A stretch of DNA of 64,000 nt from Fimbriimonadia bacterium (GCA_041483895.1 JBGPGO010000005.1:160001-224000); one strand, 5' to 3'; positions 10,048-19,744 are shown, numbered from the stretch's first letter. Notes: generated by a model from the sequence alone, not told the origin. Numbers and translations are program-made.

Positions 10048-10980
10048 TTACGTGCGCTTCCACCACAGATTCTGCGTGGTGGCCCACTGTTTGGCGGTCG
10101 AGCGGAGAGCCGCGAGGTCGGAATCGGACAGGGATTTGAACGAGCGCGCGGCCTCGACATTGGACTTCACCTGTTCCAGCGTCGTCATCCCGCACGTCAG
10201 CGCGCAGACCGGCAGCGACATCGCGTAGTGCAGAAGCTGCGTGGCGGTCAGCGACCGGGACCCGCCGTTTTGCCAACCCTTCAGGCTCTTCATCCCCGCG
10301 ATGGAAATCCCCATCTCTTTCGCCTTCGGGATCACTTTCTCCGCGAAATCGTTGACATGAAAGTCGGCGGCGGAGACCGGAACCAATATGGAATCAAACT
10401 TGTATCGCTTCAATGCCTCTAAGATCACTTCCGGCCGCGTATGGCCCGTGATGCCGATGTGCCGAATCTTCCCTGCCTTCTTCGCCTCCTCCAACCCATG
10501 CACGGCCCCGCCCTCGCTCAAAGCGGCGTCCAGATTCTGCATGTTGTTGACCGAGTGTATCTGAAGCAGGTCGATATGGTCGGTCTGCAGCCGCTTGAGC
10601 GAGGCATCGACCTCGGCAATGGCCCCGACCTTGTCGCGCGCCAGGGTCTTGGTCGCTAGAAAATACTCTTTCCGCCTTCCGTGTATCGCTCGGCCAATCG
10701 CGATCTCGCAGGCAAACCCTTGGTAGCTCGGCGCGGTGTCCATGTAGTTGATTCCCAAATTGAGGGCGGTTTTCAGCATTCGATCCGTCAGGTCCGCATC
10801 TCCGACCGGCAGCTCCGCCGTTCCGAAAGCGAGCACGCCGGCGTTCCAATCCATCTTCCCCAGCTTGCGCTTCGGCATTTCGCCGGCCTTTTCGGGCATG
10901 GATAGGCCGATCTTCGCGGCGGCCATCGCAACCCCCGCCGCGCCCATCTGCCGGAGAAACTCTCGCCTGGACGTGTCCAT
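10048..10980 (-). CDS. Tat-exported aldo/keto reductase
   Basis: SRREFL twin-arginine signal; GINYMDTAPSY, FLATK, SLKRLQTDHIDLLQIH. Confidence 0.9.
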   Translation of the reverse strand: MDTSRREFLRQMGAAGVAMAAAKIGLSMPEKAGEMPKRKLGKMDWNAGVLAFGTAELPVGDADLTDRMLKTALNLGINYMDTAPSYQGFACEIAIGRAIHGRRKEYFLATKTLARDKVGAIAEVDASLKRLQTDHIDLLQIHSVNNMQNLDAALSEGGAVHGLEEAKKAGKIRHIGITGHTRPEVILEALKRYKFDSILVPVSAADFHVNDFAEKVIPKAKEMGISIAGMKSLKGWQNGGSRSLTATQLLHYAMSLPVCALTCGMTTLEQVKSNVEAARSFKSLSDSDLAALRSTAKQWATTQNLWWKRT

Positions 10981-11055
10981 GCGGGCATGGTACCACGGTA
11001 CCGGCAGTTCCGCCAGGCCCCGGGCATAGACAGGCGGCGGTACAATTGGGACCAT

Positions 11056-12093
11056 ATGAAGCGACTGGAACTGCCACAGCGCAAATGGGTGATCCTCCAG
11101 GCCATCGTGTGGGACTATGTGGACACGGCCGAACCGGTTGGATCGGAGACGCTCGTCCAGCGATATAGTTTGGACGTGAAGCCCGCCACCGTGCGCCACG
11201 AGATGGCGGAGATGCTGGACCTGGGATACCTGCTGCAACCCCATACCTCAGCGGGCCGCGTGCCGTCCGATACCGGCTACCGCTACTATGTGGACCATCT
11301 GGAAGGCGGCGAGGAGCCGACAGCGCAAGAGAAGACCCATCTCAAGGGCATCCAGCGGAAAAAAGAGGACCTAACGGAGATTTTGGAAGAGACCTGCCGA
11401 GTGCTGGCCCGGTTGACCAACTATCTCGCGATCGCGTCGACCGTTCGCAATGACGACGTGTTCATCCGGCAGGCAATCCTGTCGCCGGTGTCCACCGAAC
11501 GGACGCTGATGGTGCTGGTCCTTAGCAACGGACAGGTGGAGAACCGAGTGATCGATGCGGCCCCGCCCAGCCAGGTGGCGGACCTGCAGCGGACGAACGA
11601 TCTGCTTACCGAGTTCATAACCGGCCAAACCCTGCGGGAGATTTCGCGCAGGAAGGCGCCGGAAACATCCCCCGCGGCCACCGCCGAGCTGTTCGCCAAG
11701 GTGATCAAGGAGCTGAAATTGGCGGCGCGCAGCATGTCGCGCGGCAAGACCATCCACGAAGGAGTGGCGAATGTATTGAGCCAGCCGGAATTCAATCGGG
11801 ATGTCGGTTCACTCTTCGACGTGCTTTCGTTTATCGATGACGAGGCGACGGTTTCGAAGACTCTGGAGCAGGCGGGGCAGGAGGGCGCGACGATCCTGAT
11901 CGGCTCGGAATCGGGACACGAGAAGGTGGCCCACTGCTCCATGGTGGCAAACCGGTTCTTTATCGGCGACAAGGAGGCGGGCGTGATTGGGGTGCTGGGG
12001 CCGACCCGGATGCGGTATGAAACGGCGATCTCCCTGGTCCGATATTCGTCCCAGTTGCTCACGGAGACCCTGAGCAGAATGTTCGCAAATTAG
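11056..12093 (+). CDS. hrcA: Heat-inducible transcription repressor HrcA
   Basis: IL.AIV.DY..TAEPVGS, ATVR.EMA, QPHTSAGRVPS..GYRYYVD, GVLGPTRM.Y. Confidence 0.95.
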   Translation: MKRLELPQRKWVILQAIVWDYVDTAEPVGSETLVQRYSLDVKPATVRHEMAEMLDLGYLLQPHTSAGRVPSDTGYRYYVDHLEGGEEPTAQEKTHLKGIQRKKEDLTEILEETCRVLARLTNYLAIASTVRNDDVFIRQAILSPVSTERTLMVLVLSNGQVENRVIDAAPPSQVADLQRTNDLLTEFITGQTLREISRRKAPETSPAATAELFAKVIKELKLAARSMSRGKTIHEGVANVLSQPEFNRDVGSLFDVLSFIDDEATVSKTLEQAGQEGATILIGSESGHEKVAHCSMVANRFFIGDKEAGVIGVLGPTRMRYETAISLVRYSSQLLTETLSRMFAN

Positions 12094-12122
12094 GGAGTTA
12101 TGGTATAATTTCGTCTACTAGT

Positions 12123-12668
12123 ATGAAACGGCAGTTCATTATCGAGCGGGACGGGAAGAGCTTTGTTCTTTACGCGGGGCTTTTGGATGCCGCCCACGAA
12201 CAGGGCTTGGAGTCCATCGAAACCGACCTGATCCAGGTCCCGGCGCAGGCGAACGGCGAGGTGGCGATTTGCCGCGCCCGCGTCGTCACTGCCAAAGGAT
12301 CGTTCGTCGGGTTGGGCGACGCCGCGCCGGACAACGTGCCCGCAGAGTTCACAACCTGCCTCATTCGTATGGCGGAGACCCGGGCGAAGGCCCGGGCGTT
12401 GCGCGACGCCGTGAACGTGGGCATGGCCTCCTTCGAAGAGCTGCCTGGCCTCGATGAGGTGGACCTGAGCGACGATCTGGCCTACTCCCAACCCACGGCC
12501 GCGGAACCGGAGCCGCCGCCCATCAATATTCCGAAAGAGGCCGCGACGTGCGACGAGTGCGGCAAAACGCTCACCCTGCCCCAAACGCAGCTCAGCATGG
12601 TGGCATTCGGCATGCCGCTGTGCCCCAAGTGCCAACAATCTCGCCGCAAAGCCGGTGCCGCCCGGTAG
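12123..12668 (+). CDS. Putative Rad52/Red-beta-like single-strand annealing protein with C-terminal zinc ribbon
   Basis: A.CRARV...GSF.G.GDA...MAETRAKARALR core; CDEC...CPKC. Confidence 0.55.
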   Translation: MKRQFIIERDGKSFVLYAGLLDAAHEQGLESIETDLIQVPAQANGEVAICRARVVTAKGSFVGLGDAAPDNVPAEFTTCLIRMAETRAKARALRDAVNVGMASFEELPGLDEVDLSDDLAYSQPTAAEPEPPPINIPKEAATCDECGKTLTLPQTQLSMVAFGMPLCPKCQQSRRKAGAAR

Positions 12669-12835
12669 GTCTCGCAGTTGCATCAACTTCCCCGCCGTCA
12701 CGTTCAAAAGAGCCAAGTAGAATTATCTGTCGTCGCGGACCGATTGCCATTTTATGCCGCATCCATTGGGTCCGCCGTGCGTACTAACTATCTGGTTGTA
12801 TAATATGATTACTCTTAACGGGACCCGGTGATACT

Positions 12836-15295
12836 ATGAAAAAGATCCTTATCTTCCTTTCCTTCGCGGTCTGCCTCGCGGCGTACTGCCAGGAACAGAC
12901 CGTCCGGCTGTCGGACGATTCGCGCCTGACGAAGAAGTTCACCAAGAATTACGAAGCGACCTCGTTCAAATCGCTGTTGGAGGACTTTACGGCCGCAACC
13001 GGCGCGGACATCAAGGCCGGCAACAAGATTTCCGGGGATCTCATCATTCTGTCGGTGAAAGACAAGTCCTATGCCGAGATCATGGCGAAGATCGCCGAGC
13101 ACTTCGATTTCGGATGGGAAATCAAGGGAAGCGCGCCGAGCTATTCCTACGTTCTCAGCCAGCCCACCGACGCTGCAAAGCGGGAATACCGCAATCGGCT
13201 CGATTCCGAGCGAAAGCGAATCGCGAAGATTCGAGAAGTGGTGGCGAAGGTCGCAAAACTCTCGGACAAAGAGATCGATGGGATGAGGGAAAAGTATAAG
13301 GAATGGGCAAAGGCAGAGCCCAAGATCGATTGGAAGAAGATTGAGGAGGAGCACAACCGTAACGACGAATGGCAGCAGTCGCCGGAAGAGAAGGCTCATC
13401 AGATTTGGCAGTCAAAGCCGGAAGGACAACTGAGCGACGATATCCGCGCGGATCGCCGCACCATCGCGCAGTTCCTGTCCAACCTGAGCGACCAGACCTG
13501 GGACCGAATCGCGGCGGGAGACCCCGTGAGTTTCTGCACCGCTCCGCGCATGTATCAGCTTTCCCTCGCCAATCAGTGGATTGGAACGATGCGCGACTGG
13601 TGCGCCTATGAACCAAGCGCGGGGGAAGCACCGGCGGTCGAAGACGATGCCTCGCCGCCAGCGCCGGAAGATGTCTATCAAGGCATGAACGTCGATCCGG
13701 AAGCGAGCATCGGTCCGTCCGTGCATCCGGTCTGGTCGGAGGAGCAGGGAGATGTTCCCAACGGGCCAGGTGTGGATACCAACCCACAGTCCGTCGCAAC
13801 AGTCACAATCTTGGTGCGGTATGGAACGACGAATCGATGGATGATGTCCAGCGACGCGGGCGGACTTTCCGTCAACCTGATTGGCATGGACCGACGACGG
13901 CGCTCCGTATATGTCGGGGAATATCGCTTCGATGCCCCCACCAGCACCCCCAGTTTCTTTGGCAATGCAATGGCCGCCGCTGGCATAAAGACTTCCGACG
14001 ACACGGAAGAAAAGAGGCCTGAACCGCCGCCGCCCGATTATTCCAAGGATCCGATCTTAGGCCGCAAGGTCGTTATGCCGAAGCTGGTTCCAGACGTCCC
14101 GACAGATGATCCGACTGGCGGCATGCTCGCGGTTATGCGACACTTTATGCAGGACATGATCAAGAAAGATCCGCTCAACTGGGTGGCCGCGCCGACGCGA
14201 TTGGCCATAGCGGACTCCGCTGAACTCTGTCTCATCTCGGATGCGTTCGACGTCAGCAACCCATCGCAAACTTTGGGGATATTTGCCGGCATGCAGCCGG
14301 GTGGTCCGACCAAAGAGAATCAGAGAGTTGGACAAGCGCTGGATGAGATGAAGGCGAACGAGAGCGAAGATTGGGTCGTGAAAGACGGCTGGATTTCGCT
14401 GCGCAATCGAGAATATGGCTACTATCGGCCGCGCCAGATGCCGCGCGATACGCTCGTCGCGATCTACCGAATGGCATCCGGCAGCGAAGAACCGACAATC
14501 GATCAGCTCGCCTCGCTCGCCAATTCCGCAAACGAGCTTCAATATCGCAGCCTTTCGATGAACGGCATGGATTTCCTGATGATGGCCAGCACCGGCAAGG
14601 CCCTTTTCAGCCCGGAATCGCGAGCGATGCTGCGGCTCTGGAGCTCGCTCAGCCCGTTCCATCGCAACACTCTCACGGCCGGCAAGCCGCTTTCGATTGA
14701 CAGCCTGATGCCCAACCAAAAGGCCAACGTGATCGACGCCATCCGAGAATACAACGCCATGTATGGCGGACAGGGAATGGACTTCGACATGAGCAACATC
14801 GGGGAAGAACAGACGGACGACAAAGGTCCGTTCCGGTCTCCAACCAGTCCCTTCGATTGGGCGGAACGGGTGCCGCAAAGCACCTCTTTCCCGCTGAGCG
14901 TGTCTTTGGAGTCAACGCGCAAGAACGGCTTCTATGTTGAATTAGCGGACAAGCAAGGTGGCGGCGCCTTTTACCACATGTCGATCAGTCCCTCAATGCT
15001 CGGCGACATTGCGGACGTTCCCGAGGACGCGCGGCAGCAGATGGAGCAGATGGGGATGAAGCCCAAGATGGGGCGCGAAGAATCGCTAAAGATGCAGTTC
15101 CGCATCCATCTGACGGATCGAATCGCCATCCCCGTCAAATTGAGCTTCTCAAAACGCATGCCAAATTCCGATTTCGATATCTTTAGTCCTCCGCAGGATG
15201 TCAAAGACCAAATCGCTGCGGAGAAAAAGAAGCGCAAAAAGATGCAAGAAGATCAAGCGGCGCCACCCACACCGGCCGAAGGCCCGGGTGGCTAG
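12836..15295 (+). CDS. Large secreted hypothetical protein with an STN/secretin-N0-like N-terminus
   Basis: 819-aa ORF with a signal peptide; N-terminal pattern resembles STN. Confidence 0.7.
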   Translation: MKKILIFLSFAVCLAAYCQEQTVRLSDDSRLTKKFTKNYEATSFKSLLEDFTAATGADIKAGNKISGDLIILSVKDKSYAEIMAKIAEHFDFGWEIKGSAPSYSYVLSQPTDAAKREYRNRLDSERKRIAKIREVVAKVAKLSDKEIDGMREKYKEWAKAEPKIDWKKIEEEHNRNDEWQQSPEEKAHQIWQSKPEGQLSDDIRADRRTIAQFLSNLSDQTWDRIAAGDPVSFCTAPRMYQLSLANQWIGTMRDWCAYEPSAGEAPAVEDDASPPAPEDVYQGMNVDPEASIGPSVHPVWSEEQGDVPNGPGVDTNPQSVATVTILVRYGTTNRWMMSSDAGGLSVNLIGMDRRRRSVYVGEYRFDAPTSTPSFFGNAMAAAGIKTSDDTEEKRPEPPPPDYSKDPILGRKVVMPKLVPDVPTDDPTGGMLAVMRHFMQDMIKKDPLNWVAAPTRLAIADSAELCLISDAFDVSNPSQTLGIFAGMQPGGPTKENQRVGQALDEMKANESEDWVVKDGWISLRNREYGYYRPRQMPRDTLVAIYRMASGSEEPTIDQLASLANSANELQYRSLSMNGMDFLMMASTGKALFSPESRAMLRLWSSLSPFHRNTLTAGKPLSIDSLMPNQKANVIDAIREYNAMYGGQGMDFDMSNIGEEQTDDKGPFRSPTSPFDWAERVPQSTSFPLSVSLESTRKNGFYVELADKQGGGAFYHMSISPSMLGDIADVPEDARQQMEQMGMKPKMGREESLKMQFRIHLTDRIAIPVKLSFSKRMPNSDFDIFSPPQDVKDQIAAEKKKRKKMQEDQAAPPTPAEGPGG

Positions 15296-15995
15296 GCTCC
15301 GGGTACTTTTCACCAACGACCTTCACGGGAGATTGACGGAGTCGCAGGCGCACCAGCTTGCTGCGATGAAGGCGGAAGAGCCGGACACGATTCTGCTCGA
15401 TGCCGGCGACGCGGTGAAGGTCGGAAACGTCGGCATTCCTCTCTTTCCGGAACCGGTTTGGCGTCTGATGGAGATCGCGGGATACGACGCGCTGACGCTG
15501 GGCAACCGGGAGTTTCATATTACCGAAATCGGTCTGCGCGCGAAGTTGAAAGGCGCGCCGATGCCGGTGCTGTGCGCGAACATGCGATCGAAAGGGTGCT
15601 CGGAACCGCGACTCGCCCCGTTTGTTCTGCTCAAGACTCCATCCGGCATATCCGTCGGCGTCATCGGCGTGACGGTGCCGATGGTGACCGAGCGTATGGC
15701 CGCGCGAATGATCAGCGCGTTCCTGTTCGATCCACCGATCGAGACAGTGCTGCGCCTGGCCCCATCGCTCCGCGCGAACTGCGACGTATTGATTGCGCTG
15801 ACCCATATCGGGCTGAAGGCCGATTTGGAACTGGCGTCGCGCGTGCCGGAACTGGACCTGATCATTGGGGGGCATTCGCACGAGGTCTTGCACGAGCCGC
15901 GCTTCGTCGACCGCTGCCCGGTTGTCCAGGCCGGCTCGCATGGAAAGTTTGTTGGGGACCTTCGGATCGAAATGAACGCAGGCTGCTTGGAGTAG
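15288..15995 (+). CDS. Metallophosphoesterase (5'-nucleotidase N-terminal type)
   Basis: TNDLHG, DAGD, LGNREF, LTHIG, IIGGHSH; GTG start overlaps the upstream gene. Confidence 0.85.
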   Translation: MARLRVLFTNDLHGRLTESQAHQLAAMKAEEPDTILLDAGDAVKVGNVGIPLFPEPVWRLMEIAGYDALTLGNREFHITEIGLRAKLKGAPMPVLCANMRSKGCSEPRLAPFVLLKTPSGISVGVIGVTVPMVTERMAARMISAFLFDPPIETVLRLAPSLRANCDVLIALTHIGLKADLELASRVPELDLIIGGHSHEVLHEPRFVDRCPVVQAGSHGKFVGDLRIEMNAGCLE

Positions 15996-16057
15996 GATTA
16001 TTCTCTCCGGCCTTTACGCTGAAAGAATAACTGCGTCGATGCCGCAGCTGCAGGAAA

Positions 16058-16180
16058 GTGATTAGCAAGGTACTCCTGCGAACTGGTCTCGTAACTGTAA
16101 TGACATTTACCGTTCGGATGGTGGCCCAAATGGTTCAGGTACCCGCACTCATGTCGGTACTGATTAATACCGGCTCGTGA
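16058..16180 (+). pseudogene. 40-codon ORF resembling the N-terminus of the downstream propeller gene
   Basis: MISKVLLRTGLVTVMTFT versus MKSRVNLRTALVIVISIT; DNA similarity between ~16076-16110 and ~16316-16350. Confidence 0.35.
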
Positions 16181-16252
16181 ATCGTTGCCGATGGTGCTAT
16201 CCTTCAAATGCCCGTAATAGTGCGGTCCACACGAACCTAAAAGGAGGTTAAA

Positions 16253-17956
16253 ATGAAACCCACTGGTTTTGCTTTGAGTGAACTTGGAAGGTGTAGAATG
16301 AAAAGTAGGGTAAATCTGCGAACCGCACTCGTAATTGTAATTTCGATTACGGGCGTGGCGGTTGTAGGGCAACAAGAGCGCAATATCTTCAAATCCTCAT
16401 GGGGGATGGGAGGATACGGCTATCACCGGACGGCAAACCGTGACTACTACAGGGTTCCCGGCGGAGCGGGATCTTCGGGCGCGGTCGCATGGTCCTTTCA
16501 ACTATCCAGCGCGGCGGACATCAACACGGGAGTTGTGTGCACGCCCGTGACGAACTACAAACCGGAGGACGGCACCGTCGATCCGACTCCAACGATCTAC
16601 TTTGGCGCGGACGACGGGAAGCTGTACGCCTACACGCTCGATTGGGCCAACTCCACTCCCAGTTCCCGCGCGGTCCTCAAATGGTCTTTTCAAGTGACCG
16701 AGGACAGCATCGACTTTCCCATTCGATCCACCCCGACGCTCGTCTATTTCAAGAACCCAGCGGAAGGTCAAAACTCGTGGGGCATCTGCTTCGGCGCGGA
16801 TAACGGGCGGGTGTACTGTCTTCGGGATGACGGCAGCGGAGCTACGCTGATGTGGCGTTGGTCGAGAGTCGGAGCGAAGGTCAGCAATACCTATCCGATT
16901 ATCCGCAGCAGTCCTCTCTTTCGGCCGAGCCTCGCCCAAACTCAACCGGAACCGCCGTACCCGCAGCTCGTTTTCGTGGGCGCGGTCGGGGCGGATGGCG
17001 GCGGAGTTCTGGCCGGTTTCGACGTGGACTTTGACGGCTCCGGTGGAGATAATTCGCCGGCTTCCGGCTACAACATCACCACAATCGGTGCGGGCATCGC
17101 TGCTTCCGTCAGCTATGTTGCGGACTGGCAGGAGGTCAACAACGTCTGGTACTTTGAGCGCGGCTATCTCGTGGTACCTGACCTCGGAAACGTCATCCAT
17201 TGCATATTCGACAATCTGTCCGGCTTCCAAGATCACCAAACCCGCGCCAACGCATATGAGCCCACCGCCCCGATAACTGGCTGGGCAGCAATCCGCGAGG
17301 AGGGTGGAATTAGTGAGGTTACTGCCTACGTGGGAACCGCGGCGCATAACGACTCAAATTACGGCGGTTTCATCTACGCGGCGACAGCCCAGCTGACTTG
17401 GAGCCAAGGCACGTCAACCCTTTCATGGAGATGGTCCGGTTTGCCGCACAAGCGGATAGAAACGACGCCGTATCGGCCACCTGGACTCCCACCCCCGCCA
17501 ATTCAGGACCTGAACCTTGGTTTCATTTACGCCGATCCGTGTATTGACACGGCCGGTGAGGCGATCTTCGGGACCTGGCTTGCGGGCGCGGAGGCGCCAT
17601 CCGGCGGATCAGCGTTCGGAATGTTCACGCACGTCAGTGACGCCGGGACCACCGCAACCGCTCCGCTAGACTTCAAGAACACGACCAGCCCGAAGGACTA
17701 TCGCGCGACGCCATGCGTTGGGCGTCGGTACACCGGCGGTAGCGACGCAATCTTCTTCGTCACCGCCGGCGGTTCGCTAACGGCGGGCACGACAGGCGGC
17801 GCCATCGCGTATCCATTCCCGATCAGCCTCGGCTACGATGTTGGCGATGCGAACGACGCGTATGGCGCTCGACCCATGATCGTTGTCGACGGAGAGGGAT
17901 TGATCTATATCGGCGGGCACGGCGGCCACATGAAGGCCGTCTGGGCGCCCCACTAG
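16253..17956 (+). CDS. Secreted PQQ-like beta-propeller protein
   Basis: AAAGGAGG RBS; IYFGADDGKLYA, FGADNGRVYC, IRSTP/IRSSP blade motifs (alternative start 16298). Confidence 0.8.
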   Translation: MKPTGFALSELGRCRMKSRVNLRTALVIVISITGVAVVGQQERNIFKSSWGMGGYGYHRTANRDYYRVPGGAGSSGAVAWSFQLSSAADINTGVVCTPVTNYKPEDGTVDPTPTIYFGADDGKLYAYTLDWANSTPSSRAVLKWSFQVTEDSIDFPIRSTPTLVYFKNPAEGQNSWGICFGADNGRVYCLRDDGSGATLMWRWSRVGAKVSNTYPIIRSSPLFRPSLAQTQPEPPYPQLVFVGAVGADGGGVLAGFDVDFDGSGGDNSPASGYNITTIGAGIAASVSYVADWQEVNNVWYFERGYLVVPDLGNVIHCIFDNLSGFQDHQTRANAYEPTAPITGWAAIREEGGISEVTAYVGTAAHNDSNYGGFIYAATAQLTWSQGTSTLSWRWSGLPHKRIETTPYRPPGLPPPPIQDLNLGFIYADPCIDTAGEAIFGTWLAGAEAPSGGSAFGMFTHVSDAGTTATAPLDFKNTTSPKDYRATPCVGRRYTGGSDAIFFVTAGGSLTAGTTGGAIAYPFPISLGYDVGDANDAYGARPMIVVDGEGLIYIGGHGGHMKAVWAPH

Positions 17957-17963
17957 TAACCAC

Positions 17964-17998
17964 GATCGCCTGTCCCGCAACTGTCGGGACAGGCGATC
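17964..17998. terminator. Intergenic hairpin
   Basis: GATCGCCTGTCCCG-N7-CGGGACAGGCGATC, 14-bp stem, no U-tract. Confidence 0.5.
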
Positions 17999-18023
17999 CC
18001 TGCATTCCCTGACGGAGTATTCA

Positions 18024-19430
18024 ATGAAATCATTCGCTTTTTGCACCGCCGTGTTCCTGCCAATATGTGTGTTCTCCCAACAGCAATGGCATCACCAGTT
18101 GCTGCAAAGGGGTTTTAATAAGGTCTCCCAGGATAATGACACCGCTCACGTGAACGGTGCCGGACAGGCGTTCTACTTCGTGGGGTTTCACGGCAGCGTC
18201 AATCAGGATGTGTACAGAAATACCGAGAATATGAGCGCATGGCTTGGACCGGAGCGGGTCGCATATAGCATTGGGATTAACGAGAAAGGCCAGGTCGCGT
18301 ACGGCGGCAGCACCGGACCGGGGTTCACGATCTACACCGATCATACGGATTGGAGCAGCTCCGTACTCAACCCGAACACCACATACAATTTCAACGGCTA
18401 CGGAATTGATGAATTCGGCAGACCATTGTGGAAGGCCACAGAAACAGGCGCCCGCGCGGGCATCGGCCACCTGTTCTTGGCATCCCAACCGGTATCCGAT
18501 TCCCTCCTCACCGACCCTGTCAGGGTATCCTCCCAATATGTCAACGCGAAAGGCGACGTGGCTTGGGACGCGACGGCGAATGAGACCAACGGGGTGCAAC
18601 AAGTGTTTCTTAACCAAACATTCTACTCCGCAAGCATCGTCGGCGCGAACGTTCCCGCCGGGGTGGGTGGGATCAGCGACAACGGCGATGTTTTCTGGAC
18701 GGCAAACTACAACGGCTTCCGCCACTTGTTCGTCAACGACCTGGACTATACAAATTTCATGTTCGGGGCGGGCGCGACCGATCATAGGGTGTTCGGACGG
18801 GGCATGGATGAGCAAGGAGACATTCTTTGGTACACCGGCGGCGTGACAAACGGGCCAGAATACGGCCTATTTGTGAACAATCGGAATCTCTCCTACGAAG
18901 TATTCGGGACTCAGACGCTCCAGCAGCGCGAAGCATTGCAGATCAGCGGCAATGGTCACGCATACTGGGACGCAAAACTGCCTGACTGGTCCCACGTCCA
19001 TCTCTTCGTAGACACAAGAGATGTCTCCTTAGAGGCCCTTGGCCCGGACGTCATTCCGGACGCATACCGCGCCGAGGCTGACGACTTCGGCCGATTGATG
19101 TGGACCGTGCGCGATCCGTTCTTGGGGAGCAAGAACCGAGTCTACGTGGACAGCTTTGCCCTATCCGCAGACGCGCTGGGACTGGACGCGGCTAATTACG
19201 ACTCCCGCGGAATTCGGATGGGCCCGAACGGAGACGTGGTCTGGATCGCTTCCGATCCCACCGGCAAAGATAGCCGCCTGTATCTCTCCTCCCCAGTGCC
19301 GGAACCGTCCATGGCGGCCCTGCTTGCGGCGTTCTGTTACCCCATCATGCGGCGAGGTTGTCGGGCCGCAAGCAATGCCGGACCCAAGAACTACCGATCC
19401 CGCCGATCGAATCGATCCCGATCCGAGTAA
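18024..19430 (+). CDS. Secreted ~44-aa repeat protein with PEP-CTERM (paralog 2)
   Basis: Signal peptide; same repeat as 8794; VPEPS + hydrophobic stretch + RR. Confidence 0.8.
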   Translation: MKSFAFCTAVFLPICVFSQQQWHHQLLQRGFNKVSQDNDTAHVNGAGQAFYFVGFHGSVNQDVYRNTENMSAWLGPERVAYSIGINEKGQVAYGGSTGPGFTIYTDHTDWSSSVLNPNTTYNFNGYGIDEFGRPLWKATETGARAGIGHLFLASQPVSDSLLTDPVRVSSQYVNAKGDVAWDATANETNGVQQVFLNQTFYSASIVGANVPAGVGGISDNGDVFWTANYNGFRHLFVNDLDYTNFMFGAGATDHRVFGRGMDEQGDILWYTGGVTNGPEYGLFVNNRNLSYEVFGTQTLQQREALQISGNGHAYWDAKLPDWSHVHLFVDTRDVSLEALGPDVIPDAYRAEADDFGRLMWTVRDPFLGSKNRVYVDSFALSADALGLDAANYDSRGIRMGPNGDVVWIASDPTGKDSRLYLSSPVPEPSMAALLAAFCYPIMRRGCRAASNAGPKNYRSRRSNRSRSE

Positions 19431-19744
19431 CCGGTGTCGTCGAAGACCTCAAGCACGGCCGTCAACTCGGACCGGCCGTGGTGGTCCGTGGTGCCGCGCG
19501 TCTCCACCAATCGCCAGCTAAAATCTTGATTTCCGCGGGACTGTTTGCGAGCCTGGTCCACGGCATTCCGAATCGCGCCATTCAGGTCTGTGCCCTTTGC
19601 CGAGCCGACAAACTGTCCCAGCGATCCGCCGCGCCTGCGATAGAGCGATTGGGCGCTGCCGCCCATTGCACCCGCAAATAGGGTCGCCAAAGCCGCCTTC
19701 CCTACCCACCCGGTAAACCCTCGTCGGGTCATCTTGTCTTCCAT
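19391..19744 (-). CDS. Tat-signal small protein with a dodecin-like domain
   Basis: GGAGG RBS; MTRRGF signal; FVGS...AIRNAV..A.K...W..VE.RG....L.V pattern. Confidence 0.6.
   Translation of the reverse strand: MEDKMTRRGFTGWVGKAALATLFAGAMGGSAQSLYRRRGGSLGQFVGSAKGTDLNGAIRNAVDQARKQSRGNQDFSWRLVETRGTTDHHGRSELTAVLEVFDDTGYSDRDRFDRRDR

Noticed and set aside
10981..11244. N-terminal extensions in the ORF track (aldo/keto reductase, hrcA, rsfS, nadD, obgE, coaD, acyl-CoA dehydrogenase, GT4, GNAT)
   Set aside because: They overlap neighbouring genes or repeats; family motifs and -10 boxes support the shorter starts
15998..16375. 125-aa minus-strand His/Tyr-rich ORF
   Set aside because: Overlaps the start of the propeller gene, has no RBS or recognisable motif
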